Assembly (NCBI GenBank): GCA_965637545.1
Contig: OZ281499.1
Span: 20,832,001-20,896,000, forward strand
From: Phallusia mammillata
Taxonomy: Eukaryota
Length of the DNA: 64,000 bases
Direction of reading: 5' to 3'
Made by a program: the position numbers and the translations under genes. The notes under the pieces are model-generated. The model ran no database searches and was not told where the DNA came from. It worked only from the letters and a program-made list of their open reading frames with translations. This document shows positions 15,286 to 26,554 of the stretch, one piece after another. The stretch's first letter is position 1, and each line of letters begins with the position of its first letter.

Positions 15286-17782
15286 CTCTAAACATACTCT
15301 ATGAACCAATGTGCGTTAACGGTGTTTTGTCTTTAAAACAATGTATACACTGTATACTGTATGAACTGTATGAACCAATGTGCGTTAACGGTCTACTGTA
15401 TACTGTATAAACCGTATACTGTATGAATCAAGGTGCGCTAAATGTGTTTTGTCTTTGAAACAATGTACAAAGCATTTTCATGTCATTACTACGACTAAGT
15501 GGACCCCAAGCGAACTTAAAACAGTCGACCGAGACGAAACTCACATAACTGGAAAACAAGCTTGTAACATCTAAAACTATCCCATTATTACGATCGACCT
15601 AATAACAATTGGTAGTAAATCAGCTTTACACTTTTTATAGTCGTATTTTGTTCCAGTTTCTAGTTATTGACAAGGAAACTGGAAAACAAGTACCGATTAA
15701 ATTTAAATCAGAAGGCCGGTTTTGCCATCATTTCATCAATGGATTCGAGATGACAAATGGAGGACAACGATATCTTGTGGTCGACATGTGTTGCCATAAG
15801 GAAATTATTTTGTTGGAAGGACCACTGTAAGCAGGTTTTTATATTACCTAATTATAGTTGTCTCACTGTGTGTTGAAAAAACAAAACTTTAAGAAAATTA
15901 CGTTGGTGATGACAGTAACGATTTTTAAAGCGACTGCAATATGATATATTTATTGCATTCAACTTCTATGGCAGTGTTTTTATTTCGTTTCATTATACTT
16001 TTTGTCTATTGTTTTAAAAGTAGTGTTGGTTGACCAGAATTTTAGGTTCAACTAGCTTAAAGCTCTGTGCTGTCTAAATACGTGTCATGTTGTTAAAATT
16101 AAACATCGGTATAAACCTTGATACTTTACAGCGTTTTAGACAACGCCCGAAAAGGAATAACGACCAACAAAATAAATCCAACCTTCTTACGCTTTGTCAT
16201 GCCACTGGACATATCCGAATCCACAGAGACAGGTAATGTTGTAGACAGGGACTGAGTTGAATGTCGGGCCGGAATTTTCCAGTATCTAAATGGTTCAAAT
16301 TCTCTGTCACATTTTGCGATGTTAAGCTTTTTTGCTGCTGTATAGAGCCATACACCTCATCGACCGTCGTTAAGGCCTGTAGGTTAAAAATAGTATAATT
16401 ATGAGGATTTTAATATTAAGACTGAATTTCGGTATTAGGGTTTGAGGTTGGTTTGAGGGGGCTTTTTTCGGGTTCAAACCTAAAACCCAAACCGTAAAAA
16501 GTACAGTGAGGGTGTTTTAAAACTATCACACTTTTATGGTTTAATGCCACCAATCAATTGATCAAAAAGTATAGTTGATTCCATATGCTTACACAAATAG
16601 TTTAATTAATGCAATGTAGACTTGTTTCCATTATTTAAGGCCTTAATATTACAGAACAGAATCTAGTGAACATTGGTGGCTGGGAGGCAACTGCTGTAAT
16701 GCAAAATGATGGCTCAGTCTTTCTCACACCTGAATGTTTGTTGAAGAAAGAGTTTAGCGGCACTTTGGAGATGCCCCGCATTAACTACAAGTACAATGGA
16801 AGGAAACACAGGTAGGAAGAGCCCAACAGCAAAGGCAAAAGTTTTTAATTTAGTCTTATATGCTTTAATTTACAAGTAAGAACTAAACGATGAACAAATA
16901 TATCTGTTGCAGTAATTTGTTTAATTGCATCAAATTCATGATGCCATAGCCTATACCAGTGGTTCCCAACCTTTATTGACAAAAGACAGGACTCATCTGT
17001 ACAGAGTTTATAGATTGACCAAAATCTTTTTCAACGACAACCTTTTTTGTCTAAAAATGGTGTCATATTTTGTTGTATAGGTATTTCTATGCAATGTCAG
17101 TGTTCACACCACATTGTGATGATCACCTAATGAAATGCGACAACATAACAAAAACAGGAATCACTTGGTTTGAAGAGGTGAGAGTTTCAGATTTACCAAG
17201 TATAACAAACAAATTATTGCAACATGTATATTATCATGTATATTATTAACAATGCTTTAAGGTGCTGAACAGCATAATCTATGGCTTACAAAACCAGATT
17301 GTTATTTTACAAACAAAGTTATGCATTTGTCTATTTCAGGCTTTAAGTGTGAAACACTGATTTACAAAAGTTACAATAGTAAAGTTTTTCTTGCAAAATA
17401 ATGGTATTTACAACAACTATTCAAACAGATTAAAAGTTGCGAAATGGTATGGATAAAATTATTTTTGTTTGTGTATGAAGGGCTGCACTCCATCAGAGCC
17501 AGTATTTGTGGAGAGACCAGGAGCAACAGAGGAAGATGATGGAATAATACTTTCAACTGTTATAAATAAGGATCCAAACAAATCAGTGTATTTGTTAATT
17601 CTCGATGCAAAGACATTTAAGGAACTTGCAAGAGCAGAGGTACTTGTGTTCTACCAAAACCACTTTGAATTAAACCAACTTACCCTGAACTACTATGTCT
17701 CAAAAAAGTTCACCACACCACCCCAAATACAGGTACATACTAAAAAATACCTTATGAAGGTTTCTGAAACCGAATTTGGGGT

Positions 17783-17900
17783 TGTAGCGTATCTTTAAAT
17801 TACACGCGACTCGCGACAGTACTTGCGATGTTGGATTGTGTGCACGCTTCATTCTATTCAGTCTCTCGCAATAAACGGACGTAAAACAAGCGTGCCTACA
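17783..17900 (+). repeat. 5' LTR (118 bp)
   Basis: TGTAGCG...GCCTACA. Differs from the 3' LTR by 2 substitutions and one 7-bp indel. Confidence 0.95.
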
Positions 17901-18217
17901 AATGGTGACCCCGCACGTGAGCTATTGAGTTGTTTTTGCTGGATTTGTAAGCTAGCTATAAATCAACTCACAGTCATGACAGAAAGCAATGTGACATCGG
18001 TTGCAGTCAAAATTCCACCCTTTTGGCCGCAAGATCCAGAGCTATGGTTTTTTCAGGTGGAAGCACAATTTACCGTCAGAGGAGTAACCCAGTCACTGAC
18101 AAAGTTTAATCATATTGTTTCTGCTGTCACATGAACAACTAAATAATGCTTTGTTGCGAAGAGTGGGTGTCACAGCACCAAAGGCTGCAAGAATTTCTTC
18201 GACCTGATGATCTAGGG

Positions 18218-18451
18218 CAGGGGTCGGCAACCTTTTTTGCACTGCGGACCGCTTTTGAAATGAAAATTTTACCGCGGACCGGTCATAAAAAAACTACAAA
18301 TATTTAGCAATAAAAACGCTTAAATTAGTTTATCATCCCCGAAATACATGGGCAAAATGTCCATAGCATTTGACCTGAAAAATTATACGGCCCGGTAAAG
18401 AACTCGTCGCGGACCGGTACCGGGCCGCGGACCGGCGGTTGCCGACCACTG
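18218..18451. mobile_element. hAT MITE (234 bp) nested in Gypsy gag
   Basis: TIR CAGGGGTCGGCAACC / GGTTGCCGACCACTG. Perfect TSD ATCTAGGG (18210-18217, 18452-18459). Sister copy at 52304-52506. Confidence 0.93.
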
Positions 18452-21400
18452 ATCTAGGGGACCGAAAACCTTCACAAATGCTACGGGACATGGAACAACT
18501 ACTGGGTGACGTGGAAGTTAAACAGATTCTTCGTGAGGTATTTCTACAACGGCTTCCAGCAAACCTACGAATTGTTCTTGCTGCACTAGATTTGGATATA
18601 ACTGAGCTTGCCGAAAAAGCCGACAGCATGGTTGATCTAGTTGACCCACAGCCTCTTTTAGCAGAAGTAGACCAACTACAATAAGATGTTGCACTGCTGA
18701 AACTCTACATAGCATTTACAAACAGGCGAAAATCGCAAAGAAGCACGTTTCCCACGTTGTGTTGGTACCACAGACGCTGGGGGGGGGGGATAATGCCAGG
18801 AAATGTGTTTCACCTTGTAGCCGCAAGGGAAACGTGGAGACCAGCCACTAATGGCGGCTGGTGACGCTGGTCCTTATCGCCGCCTTCTGCATGTAACTGA
18901 CCAAGCAACTGGTCGGACATCTTTGGTTGATTCTGGTGCCGCAGTAAGTGTTATTCCTGCAAACCGGATAGATCGCAATACTTGCCAACGAAACCTAAAG
19001 CTTGTTGCAGCAAACGGAAGTACCATTGCAACATTTGGCACCAGAAAAATTAACCTTAATTTAGGCTTGGGTGAAATCTTTTCATGGAATTTTATCATCG
19101 CTGAGGTCACGTAGCCGATTCTTGGCGCCGATTTCTTTCGACATTTTGGTTTACTTATTGATCTCAGTCGAAATAGATTACTAAATGCCAAAACATTTGA
19201 CAGCGTCAAAACTGGCATTTCTAACACTGCCGCGCTTGGCTTGTTTGTCGCAACCAACAACAGAAATGAATTTAAAGCTATTTTTATGGAATTCCCAGCT
19301 TTGCAAAGTGCGGTATACAATGATGCTTCCCTGAAACACAATGTCAAGCACTACATTGTTACCAATGATCCTCCTGCTTTTGCCAAAGCTCGTCGGATAT
19401 CTCCAGACAAGCTAAAATGTGCTAAAACAGAGTTTCAAAACTTGTTGGATTTAGGGATTGTTCGCCGTTCATCAAGTACATGGGCCTCTCCACTGCACAT
19501 GGTGCTCAAAAAGTCTGGCCAATGGAGGCCATGTGGCGATTACCGCAAGCTTAACAAAAGCACTATTCCTGATCGCTACCCAATTCCTTTAATACAAGAT
19601 TCTTCAGCTAATCTACATGGTGCGACAATTTTTAGCTGGATTGACCTTGTCAGAGCGTATTCCGGTTGCTAATTTCCAAAACCGCATTAATCACCCCTTT
19701 TGGATTATTCGAGTACACACGATTGCCCTTTGGTCTCTGCAATGCTGCTCAGAAATTCCAGCGATTTATGGATGAGGTGTGCAGAGGTTTAGATTTTGTT
19801 TTTGTCTATCTCGATGACATTTTGGTTTTCAGCCCTTCGGCGTCTGTTCACCGTAGACATTTGCGTTTGCTCTTCAAACGGCTTCAAATCTATGGGATTG
19901 TTGTGAATCCTGACAAATGTGAATTCGGATGCACAACAATAGCCTTTTTGGGACATCAAATCACCACCCAAGGCATTTCTCCACTCATAAACAGGGTTGA
20001 AGCCATCCAAAAATTTCCTCAACTAACGTCCAAGAAAAGTCTAAGAGAATACTTGGGACTAGTAAATTTCTACCATCGTTTTGTCCCTGGTGCCGCAAGA
20101 ATTTTGCATTCCATGCACCAGGCACTTACAGGCACAGAGATTTTTTTAAATGGACAGAGCATTGCACAACTGCATTCAAGGCATCAAAACAAGCCCTGGC
20201 AAAATCACTGATGCTTGTTCACCCTAAGGCTGACGCACCAACACGAATCACAACAGATGCTTCAGGCACTGCGGTTGGCGCTTCACTGGAACAACGCCAC
20301 AACCGGGAATGGAAACCAATAGGTTTTTCAAGAAAACTTAAACCCGCAGAAACACGGTACAGTACATTTGATCGCGAGTTCTTGCTATTTATTTATCTAT
20401 TCGCCCCTTTTGTTATTTTGTTGAAGGCAGGGTGTTTGCTATTTTTACTGATCACAAGTCCTTAATTCATGTGTTCCAACGAAACTCTACTGCATTGTCA
20501 CCTCGACAAGTTCGCCATTTGTGCTTCATTTCAGAGTTTACTACCGATATACAGCACATAAAGGGTAAAAGTAATTTTGCTGCTGACGCATTGTCGAGAG
20601 CCAGCATTAATGCTACAACATCATCTGCAATTAATTTCGCTCAAATGGCACTTGCACAACAAAATAATGAAGAAATTATTGCATATCGCACCTCGGTCAC
20701 GTCACTTAATTTGTGTGATGTACCTTTGTTTGGAACAGACTTAACAATTCTTTGTGATATTTCTAAAGGCTACTCCCGTCCTATTGTACCCTATGGGTAT
20801 CGTCGCCAAACCTACGAGGCGATTCATAATTTGTCACATCCAGGCATACGTGCAAGCTGTAAACTGGTCTCAGACCGTTTTGTATGGCATGGTTTGAACA
20901 AAGATGTTGGTAACTGGGCACGAACCTGTCTACAATGTCAAAAAGCTAAAATCCAACAACATACAGCTGCTGCTTACAGTTTATTTTCACTGCCGACCAG
21001 AAGGTTTGCTGATATACATGTGGACATTGTCGGACCTCTTCCCGTTTCTCGGGGATGCGCCTACTTATTCACGTGCATCTACAGGTTCACTAGATGGCCA
21101 GAAGCTTTCCCCATGACAGACGCAACAGCGCAGTCTTGCGCAAGAGCTCTACTCTCTTGGGTCTCACGTTTCGGAACCCCTCAAACCATCACTTCAGAAA
21201 GAGGTCGTCAGTTCGAGTCAACACTTTGGGCCAACCTTAATATGTTCTTGGGTGCCCATCGACAACGAGCAACCTCCTACCATGCCCAGTATAACGGCAT
21301 TGTGGAACGAATGCATCGTCAGTTAAAAGCCGCTTTAAAAGCACGCTTAACAACCACCGATTGGATGGACCATCTTCCACCTGTACTGGCGGAATGAGAT

Positions 21401-21925
21401 CTGCTGTTAAGGAAGATATTGGATGTTCAACCGCCGAATTGGTGTATGGTGGTACACTACAGGTGCCCGGGGAGTTTTTAACGTCGTCAACTGAACCACA
21501 AGATCCAACGTCGTTTCTCTCAAAACTACGAGAAGCAATGAGGGATTTGCTACCGACCCCGACAACCTGGCATCGACATTCTCATAACAGAGTGCCCAGC
21601 TTATTACGCAATTGCAGTTTTGTTTTTGTTCGAAACGAGGCGCACCGTACAACCTTACAATGTCCCTATGACGGTCCATCTAAAGTTATTCAAAAGCATG
21701 CTAAATACTTTTGTCTTGAAATTAATGGCCGACAAGACACTGTGTGAATTGACCGTTTAAAACCCGCCCATATTGAACCAAGTTTTATGTCGCAAGAATT
21801 TACCAATCGTGTTGTACTTGTTTCCCCTTCTATCGTATCTTCCCATCCAACAGTGACGCGCTCTGGTCGTGTTATTAATTTACCTTTGCGTTATCGTGTA
21901 TGACTTGAACACTGGTGGGGGGTAT

Positions 21926-22050
21926 TGTAGCGTATCTTTAAATTACAGGCGACACGCGACTCGCGACAGTACTTGCGATGTTGGATTGTGTGCACGCTTC
22001 ATTCTATTCAGTGTCTCGCAATAAACAGACGTAAAACAAGCGTGCCTACA
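21926..22050 (+). repeat. 3' LTR (125 bp)
   Basis: Follows the PPT and ends CTACA, then the TSD GGGT. Confidence 0.95.
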
Positions 22051-22173
22051 GGGTAAAGTTATTAGTAAATGCTTGTTGCAAAAAAACAATTTATGTCAAA
22101 TTTTTACAATATGCACAAAAGAGCTACAAAGGATTATCTTTAGGTTTTTGGCCCAAAGTACCTTGATACTATG

Positions 22174-23027
22174 GGTGGAGTAATTCCACATGGTATAATA
22201 TTGCATAATCCAACATGGTGTGAAATCGCAAATGCCAACATACTGTAATGGCAACACAGACAATAACTCATTTCTGTCAAGTTTCATATTACACGCTGAA
22301 CGTTTTGCCAACAGACAAGGCAGGATGTCATGTGCTTTTGCACATGGCTCGGTTCACTCGGATGAGGGCGAACGTTTAGGCTGCAGTAGTTAATTATAAC
22401 TTACAAAAACCACATGCATTATCAAAACGGATAACTAACACAATCTTTCTCGCAGCTGTCGTGGCCCGATGCAGTGTTTCTCGCAGCTGTTGTGTATGCG
22501 CAGTTTATTCTCTTTTTAGTGTGTTTGAAAGAAACCTACCACGCAAACCAGCGAGAGGATATGAACGCCTCGCCCTGGCTGTGTGGTGGCAGATATTCTA
22601 CGTTTAAGGTTAAGACTGGTTGTCTTGAGAATGAAGCATAGACTAACAATTGACTAAGCGTTGTTAAAGCCCTGTGTTTGTATAATCTTAGATGTGTTGT
22701 TAATACTTTGGACTGTTGTCACATTATGTATGTAATCAGATAATCTGCCATTTTTGCCCTGTGTGTTATATCGTATTTTATGCATTAAGATTAGATGTTG
22801 GTGTGCATAAGGTTGTATGCATTTAGAGGTATTGTCCTGCTATATAGTTTAACTCGTATTTAAACTGAAATTAGCACACAAAGATACATATAGGGTTACA
22901 GTGAATTCACGCTTGACTGAGTATAAATTAAAAGACTTAATCTTTGTTAATATAAAATCATATTTTAGTTTGTGACGCTAGTTTAGACTTGAGATCTTAA
23001 TAGGCTAAATAGAAATGTTACACTATG
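22174..23027 (+). other. 854-bp insertion copied from the CES upstream region
   Basis: Absent from the BCO-B last intron. ACTATG at both junctions (22168-22173, 23022-23027). Similar to about 330-1170, 7190-7255 and 31203-31340. Confidence 0.7.
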
Positions 23028-23495
23028 CTCAACTAAACAAAAAAGAAACCACAAATAGAATGGGTATTTCTCATTATTTATCTACCTTGTGCACCATACA
23101 AAACATTCATGCAACTTGGCAAACATATTTGTGTGTCGCAGGACTAATGAGAAACACAACAGCCTTAGCAGACAAGAAAGCAACAAAATAAACAACAATT
23201 AAAATAAAATTACTTTTTCGTTAGGTGGAGACCAACTTACCGATTTCATTCATGGGATTTTTGAAGAGAAGCAACATTGATACCGACTGGAAGCTTTTCC
23301 TAATCTATAATCATCCGGAACAAAAACAAACATACTTTGCTACATTAAGATTGTTTGCTTTTCCTGTTTTATTGGAGACTCAATCTTCATCTGTATCTTA
23401 TCATTAGTCATGGAAATATTACTGGTCATTGCATCCAACTCTTGATTTCTTTCAGCACAAGCCAGTTTTAGCACACCATCGGTTTTGTTTTAGTT

Positions 23496-24306
23496 CAGTG
23501 CTCCGCAACCGGTGTGCCGCGGCACACGGGTGTGCCGCAAGATGATGCTGGGTGTGCCGCCGCAAAACCGTAACTTTTTGTTTAACATTTGTTTTTGTGT
23601 ATTTTATCATTATAGTAAAAGATACAGTTCACACCACAAAATTAAAGCTACACTACTCACTACACATTCATGTTTTATTACGTCATAATATACTTTATAT
23701 TGGCTTAATGCTGCGGTCTCAAAACACGCGGCACGGTGTGACCCAAAGACGGTTTTTGTGCGGCCCGTGAACTAACTTCAAATTTGGGTGGTTACCTTAG
23801 GTGGAATACCTTGTCAGACCACCGATTTTAGGAAATAATCATTCTTTATTAGTAATGGCTAGAAATAAATGGGAAGTTTTAATCGTATGATGAAAATAGG
23901 CTGGTCCCTCCTGTTGAAAATCGGCAATTCCAATTGTTGCAGCATATTTTTTAATTTTTCCGTCATTGTTTCACACATAGTGGTTTATTGCACTTTTTTT
24001 TTAGTTTGCTACACTCTATATCTGTTTCTTATTTATTGCATTACAAATGTTTTATGTACATGATATGGCACAAACGCACGACATTTTTAAATGCATAACG
24101 TCTTTGCTCATATTACTTTTACCAAATCGTTCCAATATTACGGCCCTTTACTAATGTTTTTGTCCCTCAAAAAGTTTAAGACCGCTGCCTTAATGCTTCT
24201 TTTAGTCTTTCGAAAAATTTCAAATCGCATTTTTGGTTTGGGTGTGCCGCCAAACATTTAAAGCTTGTATGGTGCGACGTGAGTGAAAAAAGGTTGCGGA
24301 GCACTG
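23496..24306. mobile_element. Non-autonomous hAT element (811 bp)
   Basis: Perfect 15-bp TIR CAGTGCTCCGCAACC / GGTTGCGGAGCACTG. Perfect TSD TTTTAGTT (23488-23495, 24307-24314). Confidence 0.92.
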
Positions 24307-24551
24307 TTTTAGTTGACATTAACTGCTACAAAGACTAGTAGCGAAAAATCCAACAACAAAACAATATGCTTTGCAATGATGTTTAGGTTCATAGGTTTGA
24401 TTGCTTTACTTTGGAAAATTGAGTTTTGATTAGTAAACCAAAGGAATTTAATTGTGACAGACAAAAAATAACAAAACGCACCTACTTTGTAAGGCACATG
24501 ATATTACAACAAAAAATATAACTTCTAATTTGTGTTCAATATTACAACGCT

Positions 24552-26554
24552 ATGGAAGGAGAACGATCAACGGATAAAGTTTATGATGTAATGAAATACA
24601 CCAAGTTGGAAAAGTCTGCATATTTAACACAACAAAGTCCAAGTATGGTGAGTAAAAACGACTATCGATAGCGTACCAATCTTAAGTGATGTATGACATA
24701 TCAGTAAAAAAATACACGGAAAGACTTAGATCTGAAGAAGATGCCAAAGCGTTGAAAGAGGTATTCGAGAAAATGAGTTTTGAAGTACCACCTCCTTACA
24801 ACAACAAAACTTGTTCAGAATTTAATGAGGTATTAAATTTGGAACCGAAACACATTAAAAAATAATGGAACTACTAAAACCTAGATTGTATTTATCGTGG
24901 CAATACGCGCACGATAAATCGAAAAATAGGCCTCAAAATATCCGTAAGTTACAAGAACGGTATTTCCATTTTGTTGTTTTAGATCAGGGGCGTGCAACTG
25001 TTTATCGCAGTGGGCCACAACTTACACTTAAAATAATGCTGTGGGCCAGACAATAAAGCAACACATACATTTTTAAACAGCTTATTTAATAGCAAAGCGC
25101 ACACAATCAAGTTACTCTTTGAGTACTTTTTAATCAATAGGATATCTGCTAACCTATTCGTTGAATAAATGTCAATATTTTTACTGCACCTATAAATCAT
25201 GTTACTGAATTATTGCTAGAAAGGCAGTTCTGTCATAATGCACACTATGATGCAACAATGGGAATATTTCGTAACAGTGTATAAAACCTTATCACGGTGT
25301 GACGTTGTACAAAGTCAAATATACTAGTGATTGTGTACAAATAGCAACATTCCATGCTCTAACAGTAAAAAGTATACATAACTAATAGAGTACTTTGTAG
25401 TCTGCGCGGGCCACGAAAATAGGTGCCGCGGGCCGGACACTGGCCCGCGGGCCGTATGTTGCACACCCCTGTTTTAGATCCTTGATACGATTGCTGGTAC
25501 AGATTTCGGTAATTACGCCAGTTTGTTTGTGTTCTTTCTTACCCACGGAAACGATCATGGCATCATGACGACGGACGTCCAATTTGCCAGAGAGGAATTT
25601 CTACAAAAAGTTTCGCTCAGAAAATGTTTCGAAATTGGGAGAAAAACCTAAAATATTTGTCTTTCAGGTAATTTTTTTTCAAAACAGTTTTTTGAGTGTA
25701 GTGGGTCACAAAGTCGATTGTAAGAAAAAAATTTACCCCTTGACCCCTGAAATAATGCGCCTGATTTACATTTGTGTGATACATTCCTCATTTCACATTT
25801 ATCTATGACAGCTGAGTATGTTGGCTTCATCAGCAGGCATAGCGCGGGAGTCATAGGGAAGTGAAGTGGTTTTAAAATTGGACGGACGGGAAGTGATAGA
25901 CGCCGAGACCGAAGTTTCACAGGAGCAACAAGACGTTGAAACTTGGGAGGAAGGAGTTAAAATGATCCTACCGGGTGGATATGACTTTCTGGTTTGCAAC
26001 GCAGCCAACAAAGGTTGTTCAAATACATTGGGGATTAAACTATATTTATACTTAGTTCAGATCTTTATAACCAGTCGTTTAGGGTTTGTAAGTTACCGAA
26101 GCGAGAAGACTGGCTCCCGTTATATTCAAACTTTGGTTGAAGTGTTGGAAACGTGTCGTATAGGTACGTTCATTGTAATATTGTTGTATTCAACGATAGT
26201 AAAAACAACGTTGGTTGGCCTCTTCGTAAAGGGAAGACTGACAAAACAGATAAAGACTTCGTTCGCTTGCGTTCATGGGTTTCCAGAAAAGTGGCATTGG
26301 GAGGAAATAACACCATGAAGAAGCAAATGCTAGCATTTAATTCCACTTTGACCAAGTTGTTATATCTTCCCCGCAACGAAAACCCACAGAGCCGAATTGA
26401 AACTAAGAAGGAATTCACGACAACTCAGTATTCCATGGTTGAAACCAAAAAAGACAACTCGGGGCAAATCACTCAAACATCACTAACTTACAATAAAAAG
26501 GTAGTAGCTTTATATAATAACACACTGTTAATGAAAATATCAAACGTATCATAG
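24552..26554 (+). pseudogene. Caspase (peptidase C14A) copy A, pseudogene
   Basis: Exons at about 24552-24647, 24705-24829, 25478-25667, 25837-26013, 26083-26163 and 26232-26554. Motifs GKVCIFN, FLTHG, KPKIFVFQ, VSYR..TGSRYIQ, KQM..STLTK. Frameshifts near 24600, 25583 and 25864. QACRG reads QA*RG (TAG at 25840-25842). Confidence 0.85.
24985..25471. mobile_element. hAT MITE (487 bp) inserted at the exon 3 splice acceptor of caspase A
   Basis: TIR CAGGGGCGTGCAAC / GTTGCACACCCCTG. Perfect TSD TTTTAGAT (24977-24984, 25472-25479). Confidence 0.92.

Larger units (their letters stand above)
17783..22050 (+). mobile_element. Full-length, decayed Ty3/Gypsy LTR retrotransposon (CsRn1-like clade) in the last intron of BCO-A
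   Basis: LTRs 17783-17900 and 21926-22050 (TG..CA). 4-bp TSD GGGT. tRNA-Trp-type PBS TGGTGACCCCG(C)ACGTGA at 17903-17920. G-rich PPT at about 21914-21922. Gag from 17976 (VKIPPFW..LWFFQVEAQF, LGDRKPSQ), protease LVDSGA, RT YLDD, RNase H TDAS, integrase HVDIVGP. Many stops and frameshifts. The empty site with a single GGGT is at 42276-42279 in BCO-B. Confidence 0.95.
13987..23280 (+). pseudogene. Carotenoid oxygenase copy A (exons 6-12 only), pseudogene
   Basis: Exons 13987-14122, 15657-15826, 16132-16232, 16655-16811, 17081-17177, 17481-17639 and 23225-23280 match BCO-B. Exons 1-5 are deleted. A 1-nt deletion in the last exon turns FHG into FMG. Confidence 0.9.

Noticed and set aside
15295-15470. 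Irregular local repeats (TATGAACCAATGTGCGTTAACGG three times; CTGTATA runs) and a 22-bp doublet at about 1175-1218
   Set aside because: These are ordinary slippage-type intronic and intergenic duplications with no further structure.
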